Shown here piece by piece: positions 27,200 through 36,602 of a DNA stretch of 64,000 nt; position 1 is the first letter of the stretch, and each line of letters starts with the position of its first letter. The DNA is from an uncultured Gammaproteobacteria bacterium (GTDB lineage: Bacteria > Pseudomonadota > Gammaproteobacteria > Steroidobacterales > Steroidobacteraceae). The notes beneath the pieces are model-generated. The model was not told where the DNA came from, made no database searches, and was given only the letters and a program-made list of their open reading frames with translations. Location of the stretch: positions 48,098 through 112,097 of the forward strand of contig CAWILY010000001.1 of the NCBI GenBank assembly GCA_963837075.1, written 5' to 3'. A program made the translations under genes and the position numbers.

Positions 27200-27449
27200 A
27201 GTGGTAAAGATGGCAGCTTAGCTGATTCCGACCGGCCGCTTTGGGGGAGAGGCCACAGGCCGTTTGGGGTCACCAAGCGACCGTCGCCGGGTCAGTTGAA
27301 ATCGACGGTCGCTGACCGGCCACAGGACTAAACCGCTCGCGCGGTAGGGGTGGCTTCGATCGAGGCCTGCAGTTTTCCGATCTCTGAGGCTCTGTTCGTA
27401 TGTTGTGGAGCGAGGCATTCCGCCTCGTTCTACAACCGGAGCTTCAGTC

Positions 27450-28325
27450 ATGAACACCCCGACACCTAAGGTTTCGCCGCTGCGTCAACGCATGATCGAA
27501 GACATGCGGATCCGCAAGCTCGAGCCCAAGACCCAGAGCGGCTACATCCGCGCCGTACGCCATTTCACCGTATGGTTCGGTCGCTCGCCCGACCAGGCCG
27601 GTGCTGAGGATCTGCGCCTCTTTCAGCTGCATCTGCTCGATCAGGGCGTTTCACCGATCACGATCAACGCGACACAGACCGGACTGCGCTTTTTCTTCGA
27701 GATCACCCTGGATCGCCCTGAGATCACGGGCAAGATGCGCCCCGTTCGTGTCGCGCAACGCTTGCCGGTCGTGCTCACCCGCGAGGAAGCGACGCGCCTG
27801 ATCGACGCCACGCGTAACCTCAAGCACCGCGCCGCCCTGTCGGTGGCGTACGGCGCGGGCCTTCGCGCCAGCGAAGTGGTTGGCCTCAAGGTCGGTGACG
27901 TCGACAGCAAGCGCATGGTGCTGCGCGTCGATCAGGGTAAGGGCCGCAAGGACCGCTACGCACTCCTGCCGCCGGTGCTGCTCACGCGCCTGCGCGGCTG
28001 GTGGCGTTACGCCCGCGCCGAGGGCAAGGTGCTGCCCGACGGCTGGCTCTTTCCGGGCCAGGATCCGATGGAACCGATGAGCACCCGGCAGCTCAACCGC
28101 GCGGTGCACGAGGCGGCCACCGCCGCGCACATCGACAAGCGGGTGTCGATGCATTCGCTCCGTCATGCCTTCGCCACGCACCTGCTCGAGCAGAAGGAAG
28201 ACATCCGCACCATCCAGGTCCTGCTCGGCCACAAGAAGCTCGAGACCACGGCCCTCTATACCCACGTGGCCACGGCGACGCTCAGCCAGGTCATCAGTCC
28301 GCTCGACAGTACCCGACCGACCTAG
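27450..28325 (+). CDS. tyrosine-type recombinase/integrase (IS91-associated)
   Basis: SAM-like N-terminal domain (GYIRAVRHFTVWF). Catalytic region GLRASEV...HSLRHAFATHLL...LLGHKKLETTALYTHV. The N-terminus is MNTPTPKV, against MNDTSPKI in the other copies. Confidence 0.9.
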   Translation: MNTPTPKVSPLRQRMIEDMRIRKLEPKTQSGYIRAVRHFTVWFGRSPDQAGAEDLRLFQLHLLDQGVSPITINATQTGLRFFFEITLDRPEITGKMRPVRVAQRLPVVLTREEATRLIDATRNLKHRAALSVAYGAGLRASEVVGLKVGDVDSKRMVLRVDQGKGRKDRYALLPPVLLTRLRGWWRYARAEGKVLPDGWLFPGQDPMEPMSTRQLNRAVHEAATAAHIDKRVSMHSLRHAFATHLLEQKEDIRTIQVLLGHKKLETTALYTHVATATLSQVISPLDSTRPT

Positions 28326-28932
28326 CACCGAGGCGTGTCACGCCTGGAGGTCGCGGACATCTTCCGCGCCCACGGGCCGACCTGGCGACACCAGGAGCGT
28401 GGGCACTTGAGCCTCGGCCAGCTCAAGGTCATGTCGGCCGTGGAGCACTGCCGCAGCGCCGCGCTGGGCGGTCACGCCCTGCGTTGTTCTTCTTGTGCGC
28501 AGCCTCAGGTCGCCTACAACTCCTGCCGCAACCGCCACTGCCCCAAGTGCCAGGGGAGCGCCGCGCGGCGCTGGCTCGAAGCGCGCTGCGCCGATCTCTT
28601 GCCGGTGGACTACTACCACGTGGTCTTCACCCTGCCGGCGCCCGTAAGCGCGCTCGCCTACACCAACAAGGAGCTGATGTATGGATTATTGTTTGATATC
28701 GCGGCCGACACCCTGCGCACGATCGCCGCCGAGCCCAAGCACTTGGGCGCCCGCATCGGGCTTACCCTGATGCTGCACACCTGGGGCTCGGCCTCTCACC
28801 CACCACCCCCATGTGCACGGCATCGTGCCCGGCGGCGGTCTCGCCCTCGATGCCGACCGCTGGGTTCCCTGCAAGCCGGGGTTCTTCCTCCCCGTACGCG
28901 TGCTCTCGCGTCTGTTCCGTCGCCGCTTCCTA

Positions 28933-30039
28933 TTGAGATTCGCATAAATGACTTGCAACTTTAGTGCGCTGCGAGAGTCCAAGTTGTGGTGTAGTCTTGG
29001 ACGAGGCGAGCATGAGCAAGTCAGAGAGAGTAGATCGCGCTCTGCAACGCCGGCGCATGCGAGCCGGGCGATTGCTGTTGCGCGGTGTGCCACAGGCAGA
29101 GGTCGCGCGCAAAGTCGCGGTGACGCGCACGACTGTGAGCACCTGGAACGAGCAACTCAGTGCGGGCGGATTGCCGGCGCTCAAGCGCCGCCCACGTGGC
29201 CGACCCTCGGGACTGGATGCGCAGCAGAAAAGCGACTTGGTACGGCTGCTCAGGGACGGAGCGCTGGCGCAGGGGTTTGCCACGGAGCTGTGGACGTTAC
29301 GACGCGTGGGCCAGCTGATCGAGGAGCGGTTTGGGCGTCGATACAGCGAGAGCCAAGTGTGGCGGATTCTGGTGGGGCTGGGCTTCAGCAGCCAGCGTCC
29401 CACGGGACGCGCGCTCGAGCGCGACGAGGCGGCGATCCGGCACTGGAAGCGCAAGCGCTGGCCAGCGTTAAAAAAACGCGAGAAAACAAGGTCGAATCAT
29501 CGTCTTCATCGACGAGTCGGGACTGAGCGAACGACCGACCCAGGTGCGCGGCTGGGCACCGCGGGGGCAAACCCCCGTGCTGCAGTATCACTTCAACTGG
29601 CACCAACTCTCGGCGATGGCCGGCATCACCTTCTACCGCTTCTACTTTCGGCTCTTTCCCGGAGCGATCAAGGGGCCGCAAGTGATCGAGTTCCTTCACG
29701 CCCTGGGTCGGCAGATCCGCCGCAAGGTGCTCGTGATCTGGGACGGACTGCCTGCACATCGCAGCCACCTCGTGCGCGACTACGTCGAGAGTCTCGAGGG
29801 TGCGATTCAACTGGAGTATCTGCCCGCTTACGCTCCCGAGCTCAACCCGACGGAGTACATCTGGGGACACCTCAAGCATCACGAGCTGGGCAACTTCTGT
29901 GCACGCACATTCGGCGAGCTCACCTACCGCACGCGCAATCGACTGCGCTCGATGCAGCGTCGCAACACACTCGTTACCGCGTTCTGGCAGCAAGCCGAAT
30001 TGCCTCTGTGAATCTGTCAGGTATTAATGAAAAGCTCAA
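28933..30039 (+). mobile_element. IS630-family insertion sequence, 1107 bp, full length
   Basis: Flanked by TA (28931-28932 and 30040-30041). Imperfect terminal inverted repeats TTGAGATTCGCATAAATGAC.. and ..GTATTAATGAAAAGCTCAA. Removing the IS and one TA gives ttcctagaag, where copy 2 has ttcctggaag. Confidence 0.85.
29012..30011 (+). CDS. IS630 family transposase encoded in two frames joined at an A7 tract
   Basis: The HTH part (MSKSERVDRALQRRRM...GRALERDEAAIRHWKRKRWPALKK) ends at the tract 29470-29476. The DDE part (AREQGRIIVFIDESG...VIWDGLPAHRS...LPAYAPELNPTEYIW) continues in the +1 frame to 30011. Confidence 0.8.
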
Positions 30040-31116
30040 TAGAAGCACTGTCCGCGGCCCACGGCCGCGGACAGTTACAGTGCTTGGGCGAGCTCGCCCA
30101 CCTCGCCGATCCCGCCGCCTTCGCCGACTGGCTCGCCCCGCTCCGAGAGTGTGAGTGGGTCGTCTACGCTAAGCGCCCGTTCGCCGGACCCGAAGCGGTA
30201 CTGGCGTATCTGTCGCGCTATACCCATCGCGTCGCCATCTCCAACTCCCGGCTCCTCGCACTCGATGAACGTGGCGTCACGTTCCGCTGGAAGGACTACC
30301 GTGCCGAGGGCCGCACACGCCACAAGACCATGACCTTGAGTGCCGGGGAGTTCATGCGCCGCTTCCTGCTGCACGTGCTGCCGCGCGGCTTCCACCGCAT
30401 CCGCCACTATGGCTTGCTCGCTCACGCTCATCGCCGGCACAACATCGCCACCGCGCGCGCGCTGTTGCAGGCACCGGCGCCGCCAGCGCCGCTCGAGCCC
30501 GACAACCGCAACACGAGCGGCTCCAGAGCACCTACCTTCCTGTGCCGGCACTGTGGCGCGCCGATGCTCATCATCGAGACCTTCGCCCGCGCTCAGCACA
30601 TCCGCGGGCCGCCAGCCTTGAGCGCCGTGGCATGAACGCGCGCATCTCACCCTTCACCACTGCTCCGCCGGTTCCGCACATCCCCGCGCCGGTACCACCA
30701 CCCGTGCCCGCCACGCACACACCGCGCATCGCTCACACCCCGCAGCCCTCTCAACACGCTTCCGCGCCCCCGCCGCCGCAGACTCCCTCGATCCTCGCAG
30801 CTCCGCATACCGCCACGGCGCTCACCTCACACCACACTGCACACCTGCAAATCCCCATAGCTCAGCGCTTCCGCTGATCCTCGCCGTACCCCTTCGCGGT
30901 TTCCTCCCTTGAGGATTGTCCAACGCCTACCCCCAGACCCCTTCGCGCCCGGACAGTCCTGCGCATCGGGGTAGGCGTCCGACAATCCTTAACACAAGCC
31001 GTCATGCAGGTAATAAGAATGCCTGCTCGATAGCGGCCGTTCGATACGGAGTCGTTGTTTCGATATGACCCGACCGATCCCCGCGGAGCCCGAAAACTGT
31101 TGACTACCCAGCCCTA

Positions 31117-32247
31117 TTGGACAAGCTTGTCGGCTTGAGACGTATAGCCCTCCCCTCTGCTGGCCGAGCGACAGTGAAGGCGATCCGTTGGATGGCGCTT
31201 CTGAGCCTCGCGCACGCGTACTCCGTGTTCGCGGCTGAGCAGTACACAGTGACCGATCTAGGCGCCATGGGCCTCGATGAGAGCTACCCAATCCGCATCA
31301 ACTCGCGAGGCAGCGTCGTAGGGTACGCGAAGACCACTAGATCCTTGGGGCAAGGTGAAACGCGACCATTCATCTATGCGCATGGCGTGATGCAGGACTT
31401 GCACGACACGGTAGTGAAGTCAATGCCAAAGCAATGCTCCTTCACGCCAAGACTTGTCATTACAGACGCAGGTGAGGTGCTGGCGGTCCTGGATTGCGGG
31501 GCGGCCGGGATGTACTCGGAGGGGACCACGTTTTTATACCGTGATGGAGCCGTACGTTTCGTGAGGGGTGAAGTGATGGATGTCAGTACAAACGGTGTTG
31601 TGCTGATGAATCTCTGTCACTGGTATAGCAACCTTGGCCGCAGAGGTTGTCGTAATTGTGAGATTCGGCGCGTCAAGATCGACGTCGACGGCAGCGAGCA
31701 TGAGCTCGCTCCGCTCGAAGGAATGCACGATGCTGCGCGCATCAACTCCGCTGGAGAGGTTATTGGTTGGGCATGTGGGTTCGCCGGTGGCGTATCGGAT
31801 CGTCGCGCATGGCTATGGCGTCAGGGCCTACGGCAGGACCTGAGGTTCTTATCGGGGCCTCTCGATATTAACGCTCAAGGTCAGATCGTGGGCGAAGCGG
31901 GTGGATCCGACCATCACGCATTTCTGTATAGCGAAGGAGCGATGCGGGACTTGGGAATTCTCGGTGGCCAGCGCAGTAGGGCGCGCGCAATCAACCAGAG
32001 CGGGCAGATCGTCGGCGATTCAGATACTGCTACTCAGCGTACTCACGCGTTCCTTTGGGAAAATGGGAGAATCAAAGACCTCAATCGTCTGTTGGTCGGA
32101 CCCCTAACGGAGTTCGTCACCCTCCAAACGGCTGCGGGGATCAACGACGACGGCGTGATAATTGCCAGTGGCAGGGACTCCCGTCGCACAGGGTTCTTTG
32201 TCGGCCCGAGCGCCTACCTATTGACCCCGGTTGCCCCAGATCCTTGA
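31117..32247 (+). CDS. HAF-family extracellular repeat protein
   Basis: Repeats such as HHAFLYSEGAMRDLGILGGQRSRARAINQSGQIVG and THAFLWENGRIKDLN. The likely real start is the GTG at 31174 (VKAIRWMALLSLAHAYSVFA signal peptide). Confidence 0.75.
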   Translation: MDKLVGLRRIALPSAGRATVKAIRWMALLSLAHAYSVFAAEQYTVTDLGAMGLDESYPIRINSRGSVVGYAKTTRSLGQGETRPFIYAHGVMQDLHDTVVKSMPKQCSFTPRLVITDAGEVLAVLDCGAAGMYSEGTTFLYRDGAVRFVRGEVMDVSTNGVVLMNLCHWYSNLGRRGCRNCEIRRVKIDVDGSEHELAPLEGMHDAARINSAGEVIGWACGFAGGVSDRRAWLWRQGLRQDLRFLSGPLDINAQGQIVGEAGGSDHHAFLYSEGAMRDLGILGGQRSRARAINQSGQIVGDSDTATQRTHAFLWENGRIKDLNRLLVGPLTEFVTLQTAAGINDDGVIIASGRDSRRTGFFVGPSAYLLTPVAPDP

Positions 32248-32519
32248 ACGCGGATGGCCGGAAGCGCCCGGCTGAGCAGCAACTCAAGGCCTGATAGCTG
32301 ACGCTCACCACAGGCCCCCGCGGGTCAAGAACGGTCCTCTGCGGCAATCAGCCGGTTAGGCTTGTCTCCTATGGAAAGCGTATACGGCGGGAAAAGAGCG
32401 GCATACACTTCTAAGCGCCGTATCGATGCGGAGAGTCGTGATCCTTTTCCGAGCGCAGAGGTTATCTAGGTCTATCCGAAATTTGGTCGCAGAAAGGTCC
32501 GTCGCAAAGGAATCCTTCG

Positions 32520-33395
32520 GTGTCTTGGTGTACGGGGAGTCGGCGGAGACGCATACTGTTGCGGACGCGCCTGATCGCTGCGATAAGCGCAGTAACGGGG
32601 GTGGTCCTCCTGTTGCCGACGGGGGTGCATCGCGCCGCGGCGGACACCCTACCCGAGGGTATGGCTGCGTCGGCTGACGAGGCCACCATAACTGTGTATA
32701 GGCCTAAACAGTTGGGAGCCGGTGGCTCCGTCGTTGAACTTGACGGGCTTCCGATTGCCGAGCTTGCATCGGGCCAGTACGTCAACCTGCGTGTAGCGCT
32801 GGGGCCCCATGTGGTCTCACAGCATGACTATCGCTCGGAAAGAATCACGGTAGACGCGAAACCGGGACAGACCTATTTCGTTAAGTCGTGGCTCGGCTTC
32901 GGGATCATCAATCCAGCTTCCCACCTTGCACTCGTGGCGGCCGAAATCGCATCGCAGGAAGTCCGCTCTTGCAGCTCCGTGTCGCCGGCGGCGTGGATCG
33001 TACCGGACTCCGGGATGCGAATTGATGAGCAAGTGGAAAGTCGGGTCGCAGCTGCCGGTGTCGGGTTGGTTGTGGCGGAGTGGATACCAAACGCCCAGCA
33101 GGAAGGCGGTTGGGCGGTCTACCCCGCCGCGATTTCTCTCGACACTGAAGCTCTACGCATCGACATCAGCACACGGCTTGCATCCGACGTGGGGGTGCAC
33201 GATGTGCGCATCCCGTTGTCAGCGATCGCGTCAGCCGAGTCTGGCGTCGATACCAGGAACAGGAGCATCTGCTGGGTGACGGTTCGTCGAACATCCGGCC
33301 ATGTGGACCAGATCCGGGCGCATGACTGCACGGCACTCCATGAATTCGGCGAGAGCCTGCGTTCCCGATTGTCGGGCACGCCTGGCGAGCATTGA
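32520..33395 (+). CDS. membrane/secreted protein with DUF2846-like N-terminal domain and unknown C-terminal half
   Basis: Hydrophobic leader. ATITVYRPKQLGAGGSVVELDGLPIAELASGQYVNLRVALGPHVV...ITVDAKPGQTYFV fits DUF2846. The C-terminal ~150 aa are unassigned. Confidence 0.55.
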   Translation: MSWCTGSRRRRILLRTRLIAAISAVTGVVLLLPTGVHRAAADTLPEGMAASADEATITVYRPKQLGAGGSVVELDGLPIAELASGQYVNLRVALGPHVVSQHDYRSERITVDAKPGQTYFVKSWLGFGIINPASHLALVAAEIASQEVRSCSSVSPAAWIVPDSGMRIDEQVESRVAAAGVGLVVAEWIPNAQQEGGWAVYPAAISLDTEALRIDISTRLASDVGVHDVRIPLSAIASAESGVDTRNRSICWVTVRRTSGHVDQIRAHDCTALHEFGESLRSRLSGTPGEH

Positions 33396-33799
33396 CCACC
33401 AGCCTGCTAGGCCCTTTAATTGCAAGCTACAACGGATTTCGGATGTTGGATTCAAGCGGACCGGACTGCCCTTTTCCTGGACTTACCCAGGAGCACGATG
33501 GCGGCCGCTTCGAGATCTACAGTGGCGGCATCGCCTGGGGTACGGGCGGCGGTACGCCCACGGTCCTACTCATGGACAATATCGAAGAGATCATGCCCCT
33601 GCACGTCGTAATGATCATGCCCTATTTACCCCGCATCGCTTGGCTTCCTATTCGCATCAAGGGCGGGGCATGCATCTTCGTAAACTTAGTCCGCAATGGT
33701 TGGCGTGCCGAGCGAGGATTGGAAGCTGAGGCCCGGGCGATCATTCTGAAGCAGCGTTCGCCCGCGGTGCCGGCCGTAGCTGAGACGCCTCGGCCGTGA
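33392..33799 (+). CDS. hypothetical protein (135 aa)
   Basis: The ORF starts at a TTG that overlaps the upstream stop (TTGA at 33392-33395). There is an alternative ATG at about 33443. No family recognised. Confidence 0.3.
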   Translation: MTTSLLGPLIASYNGFRMLDSSGPDCPFPGLTQEHDGGRFEIYSGGIAWGTGGGTPTVLLMDNIEEIMPLHVVMIMPYLPRIAWLPIRIKGGACIFVNLVRNGWRAERGLEAEARAIILKQRSPAVPAVAETPRP

Positions 33800-34234
33800 G
33801 ACGCGGAGAATCTGGGCGGCAACTGGGCTGATAATCCCAACGTTGGGTCGGGTGATGCCCAAACTGACCGAGTAATTTCCGAGCGAAATCCAGCCTTAGC
33901 ACCGACAATCACCGCAATATCTGGAGAAGAATCGTAGAGGCTGCAATGAGCCATCGAGAGACGTCGATGGCCTGCCCGGAAGCGGCCGTTCACGACAGGC
34001 AACTGCGGGTCAATCAGAGACGGCCAACTGCGGCTGGTCCCCGACCGGAAGTGACCGGCCAAAGCCGGCCGTCTAGCAGGTTAGATTGGCTTCCATATAG
34101 CTGACCTTCGACCCAGATTTTGGTCCCCGAATCGGCAAGGACGGACTCCTAACAGATCATGAGCACGTCAGTTAGAAGGGTCGATGGCTGGACGATTTCT
34201 AGTGAGCACGCCATCTAGCCCACCATGCTAGCCG

Positions 34235-35674
34235 GTGCCGGTGGACATAATCCCCGTCTGGTTTGCTAACCCTGCGGGCGTGCTCATCATGAATAGACCG
34301 GCCGAAGGATCTCACCGGCCGCTTCGGGTAAAATCAACTGTCGCAGGGGGCGAACGGTTGAAGAACGGGAAAATCAGTGCTGCTGCGATCCTGGCCCTTA
34401 TCGTGACCGCGGGGGGGATAGCGTGGGCGGTCGACGCGCCGAAGTCACACATCATCGTCCCTTCTCGCAGCACGGGAGTGGAGCTTGAGAAGCTGAGTCA
34501 GAGGTCGAATGTCCTCGCCGATGTATTGACGATAGATCGCAGAGAATACGTGCTGCAGCTGGACGGCAGCGGCGGTCGCGCCTTATCGGGTCACAGCCTG
34601 AGTCCAGAAGCGGTCACTGAAGGTGAAACAGAGACACTCGTCCGCATCCCGATCGAGCAGTTGGCGCTTGTCTACTACTTTGAGATTCCGCCCGGTGCGA
34701 AACAGAGACCCGACCACCTTGTCAAGGCGAAGTACCCGTCCCTTCCGGCTGTCGGCGCGGCGGAACAAAGGCTGGATTGCACCGAGTTGGATCTGGAACT
34801 CGCTCGCTCGGGAACGATTCGCTGGTACGCGAGACAGCATAGCGGCGCGGTACCCTTCACCGAACAGGAGGCGACCCTGCAGCACGGCAAGAACGCACTA
34901 AAGTATGGGGGAGAAGGCTTACTTGTTGGTGTTCTGTTGATTGGCATCATGGGCGGCGGTGGGGGTGGCGGCGGCTGGATTTCCGCTCCTCCCACGGTGG
35001 CTGATCTGGAGGCCTTCCGGTGGGCCATAACGGCTGCGGATCGCCGCGAAGTGGGGCTGTTGCAACTCAAGCGTGATCGGCTTTGTTCCGCGCGATCAAT
35101 ACCCAGCGGCGAGCTCACTGATCTGGACGTTCTGAGCAAGATCGAATCGTCGCGTCGGGCGCTCGACGCCCATCAACTCTCCGATCAGGTCCAAATGAAG
35201 CAGCAGACAGAGTTCCTGGATCTGTTGGATCCGGCAACAGCCTTCAAGGTCCCGATTGAGGAAAGGACGGCCAAGGAACAGGCCGAGCAGGCACAAGCGC
35301 AGTTCGATGCGCTCGCCGCTCAGTATGGTCCGATCATCTCCAGAGCCACCTATGGCAACTGGGCGGAGGGCTCGTGCGAGGAAAAGGAACTCAAGAAAAA
35401 AGGGGCGTGGGTAGAAACGGGCAACTTGGTAGTACTGCAGCACGCGTTGCTTTACCAAGGGCAGCGGGTTGCTGAAGGAGTGCCTCCTCTCTGGCAGAGC
35501 CTGCCGTTAAGCCAGGTTGAATCGGTCCTGCCTTCGGGGCATCTCAAACCTTTCGAGCGTTGGATTCCCTGGAAGAAACGTGACGGGTCTTGTTTTTACT
35601 TTCGCGCTTCGGGCGACAAGCAGATGACGGAGCAGCTTGGACGAATGATTGATGCAGAACTAAGCCACCGATGA
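34235..35674 (+). CDS. hypothetical two-TM protein with poly-Gly segment and coiled-coil-like region
   Basis: TM1 is ISAAAILALIVTAGGIAWAV. TM2 is LLVGVLLIGIMGGGGGGGGWI. A Gln/Glu/Ala-rich segment reads EERTAKEQAEQAQAQFDALAAQ. The likely start is the ATG at 34289. No family recognised. Confidence 0.5.
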   Translation: MPVDIIPVWFANPAGVLIMNRPAEGSHRPLRVKSTVAGGERLKNGKISAAAILALIVTAGGIAWAVDAPKSHIIVPSRSTGVELEKLSQRSNVLADVLTIDRREYVLQLDGSGGRALSGHSLSPEAVTEGETETLVRIPIEQLALVYYFEIPPGAKQRPDHLVKAKYPSLPAVGAAEQRLDCTELDLELARSGTIRWYARQHSGAVPFTEQEATLQHGKNALKYGGEGLLVGVLLIGIMGGGGGGGGWISAPPTVADLEAFRWAITAADRREVGLLQLKRDRLCSARSIPSGELTDLDVLSKIESSRRALDAHQLSDQVQMKQQTEFLDLLDPATAFKVPIEERTAKEQAEQAQAQFDALAAQYGPIISRATYGNWAEGSCEEKELKKKGAWVETGNLVVLQHALLYQGQRVAEGVPPLWQSLPLSQVESVLPSGHLKPFERWIPWKKRDGSCFYFRASGDKQMTEQLGRMIDAELSHR

Positions 35675-36602
35675 ACTGCTTCGAAAACTGCAGGCGAAGC
35701 AGTCAAAAATCTTGTGAGCTAGCAGCGTGATCGGGCCTTGGCGCTTCCGAGCGCACCGACGCATTGGTCGCGGCGCGGATTTCTGACACCTGAAAGCAGA
35801 CGATGGCGAGCGGCCGCAATGGGTCAACAAGCGACCCTTACCGATGCCTCTCGGGTTTTCGTGCTGACCGTGCGAAATCGGGACGCGAATCGGGCGCATC
35901 CCGGCCACGAGCGGCCAGCGGACGCTCCAATGACCGCAATCTGGCGGTGCCTTTCGAGCGCAGTGTTCAGTTCGGGAACTTCAATTCCTGCTTGCTGACT
36001 TGGCATAACGGGCCACGATCTGTCGCAGGTAGAATCAACGAGCTTGCCGAGTGATCTGTATCGCGACTGCATCACGGCAGCAGCGTCGTGACATATTCGC
36101 GCGCTCTCAAAACGACGTGACACCGCTCACGGTCAACTACATGCATCAGGAGTCTGATGATGTCGCAGTGTCATACATTGAGCAGACCGCGTGTTAATGC
36201 TTGCGTTGCGGATTGCGATAGTCTGGACGGCCTTCTCTTTGCTGTGGGGACTATCCTTTGGAAGCGCCAAGGTTCGGATTCCACCGCAGGATAGTCTCGA
36301 TCTAACTTCGTCCAATCTCTAAACATCTCTCGGGTACTGAGAAATTCGCTCGGCTGCTTCGTATACCGCCAATACATGCAGCCGATGGGACAGAAACACC
36401 CCCTGACTTGCTCACGACCCTTTGGATCGGAGACCGGCTCCAGGGCGACCCGTGCCACCCGTCTTGCAGACCTCCAAGGCAGCCCTGCATGCGCCTGTAG
36501 AGCTAGTGCACTCCGGCCTTTCGCAGAAGCGGCCATAGTCTACCGTGCGTTGCAGGTAAGAAGCATTATGTTGGCGCCGCGGGAGCAAATTTGCGAGCAC
36601 TG

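Larger units (their letters stand above)
28335..30635 (+). pseudogene. IS91 family transposase, disrupted (1-nt insertion plus IS630 insertion)
   Basis: An extra C near 28792 (cggcctctcac against cggctctcac in copy 2) shifts the frame before the HHPHVHG motif. The IS630 element sits at 28933-30039, and the gene resumes at 30042 (EALSAAHGRGQL...). Confidence 0.9.
27267..30994 (+). mobile_element. integrase + IS91-family unit, copy 1 (diverged variant, inactivated)
   Basis: Shares its left arm (hairpin GCGACCGTCG/CGACGGTCGC at 27277-27312), both genes and its right-end hairpin (30913-30988) with copies 2 and 3. It ends ...CAATCCTTAACA at 30994, followed by CAAG. The boundaries were located by three-way comparison by eye. 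Confidence 0.8.

Noticed and set aside
34052-34091. TGACCGGCCAAAG and GATTGGCT, which resemble the left arm of the IS91-type units and could be a fourth, solo end
   Set aside because: Only two short blocks match, with a large gap between them. This is too weak to distinguish from chance in GC-rich DNA.
34951-34974. GGC/GGT codon runs (also at 51789-51812) as tandem repeats
   Set aside because: They are in-frame poly-glycine linkers inside ORFs, not independent repeat elements.
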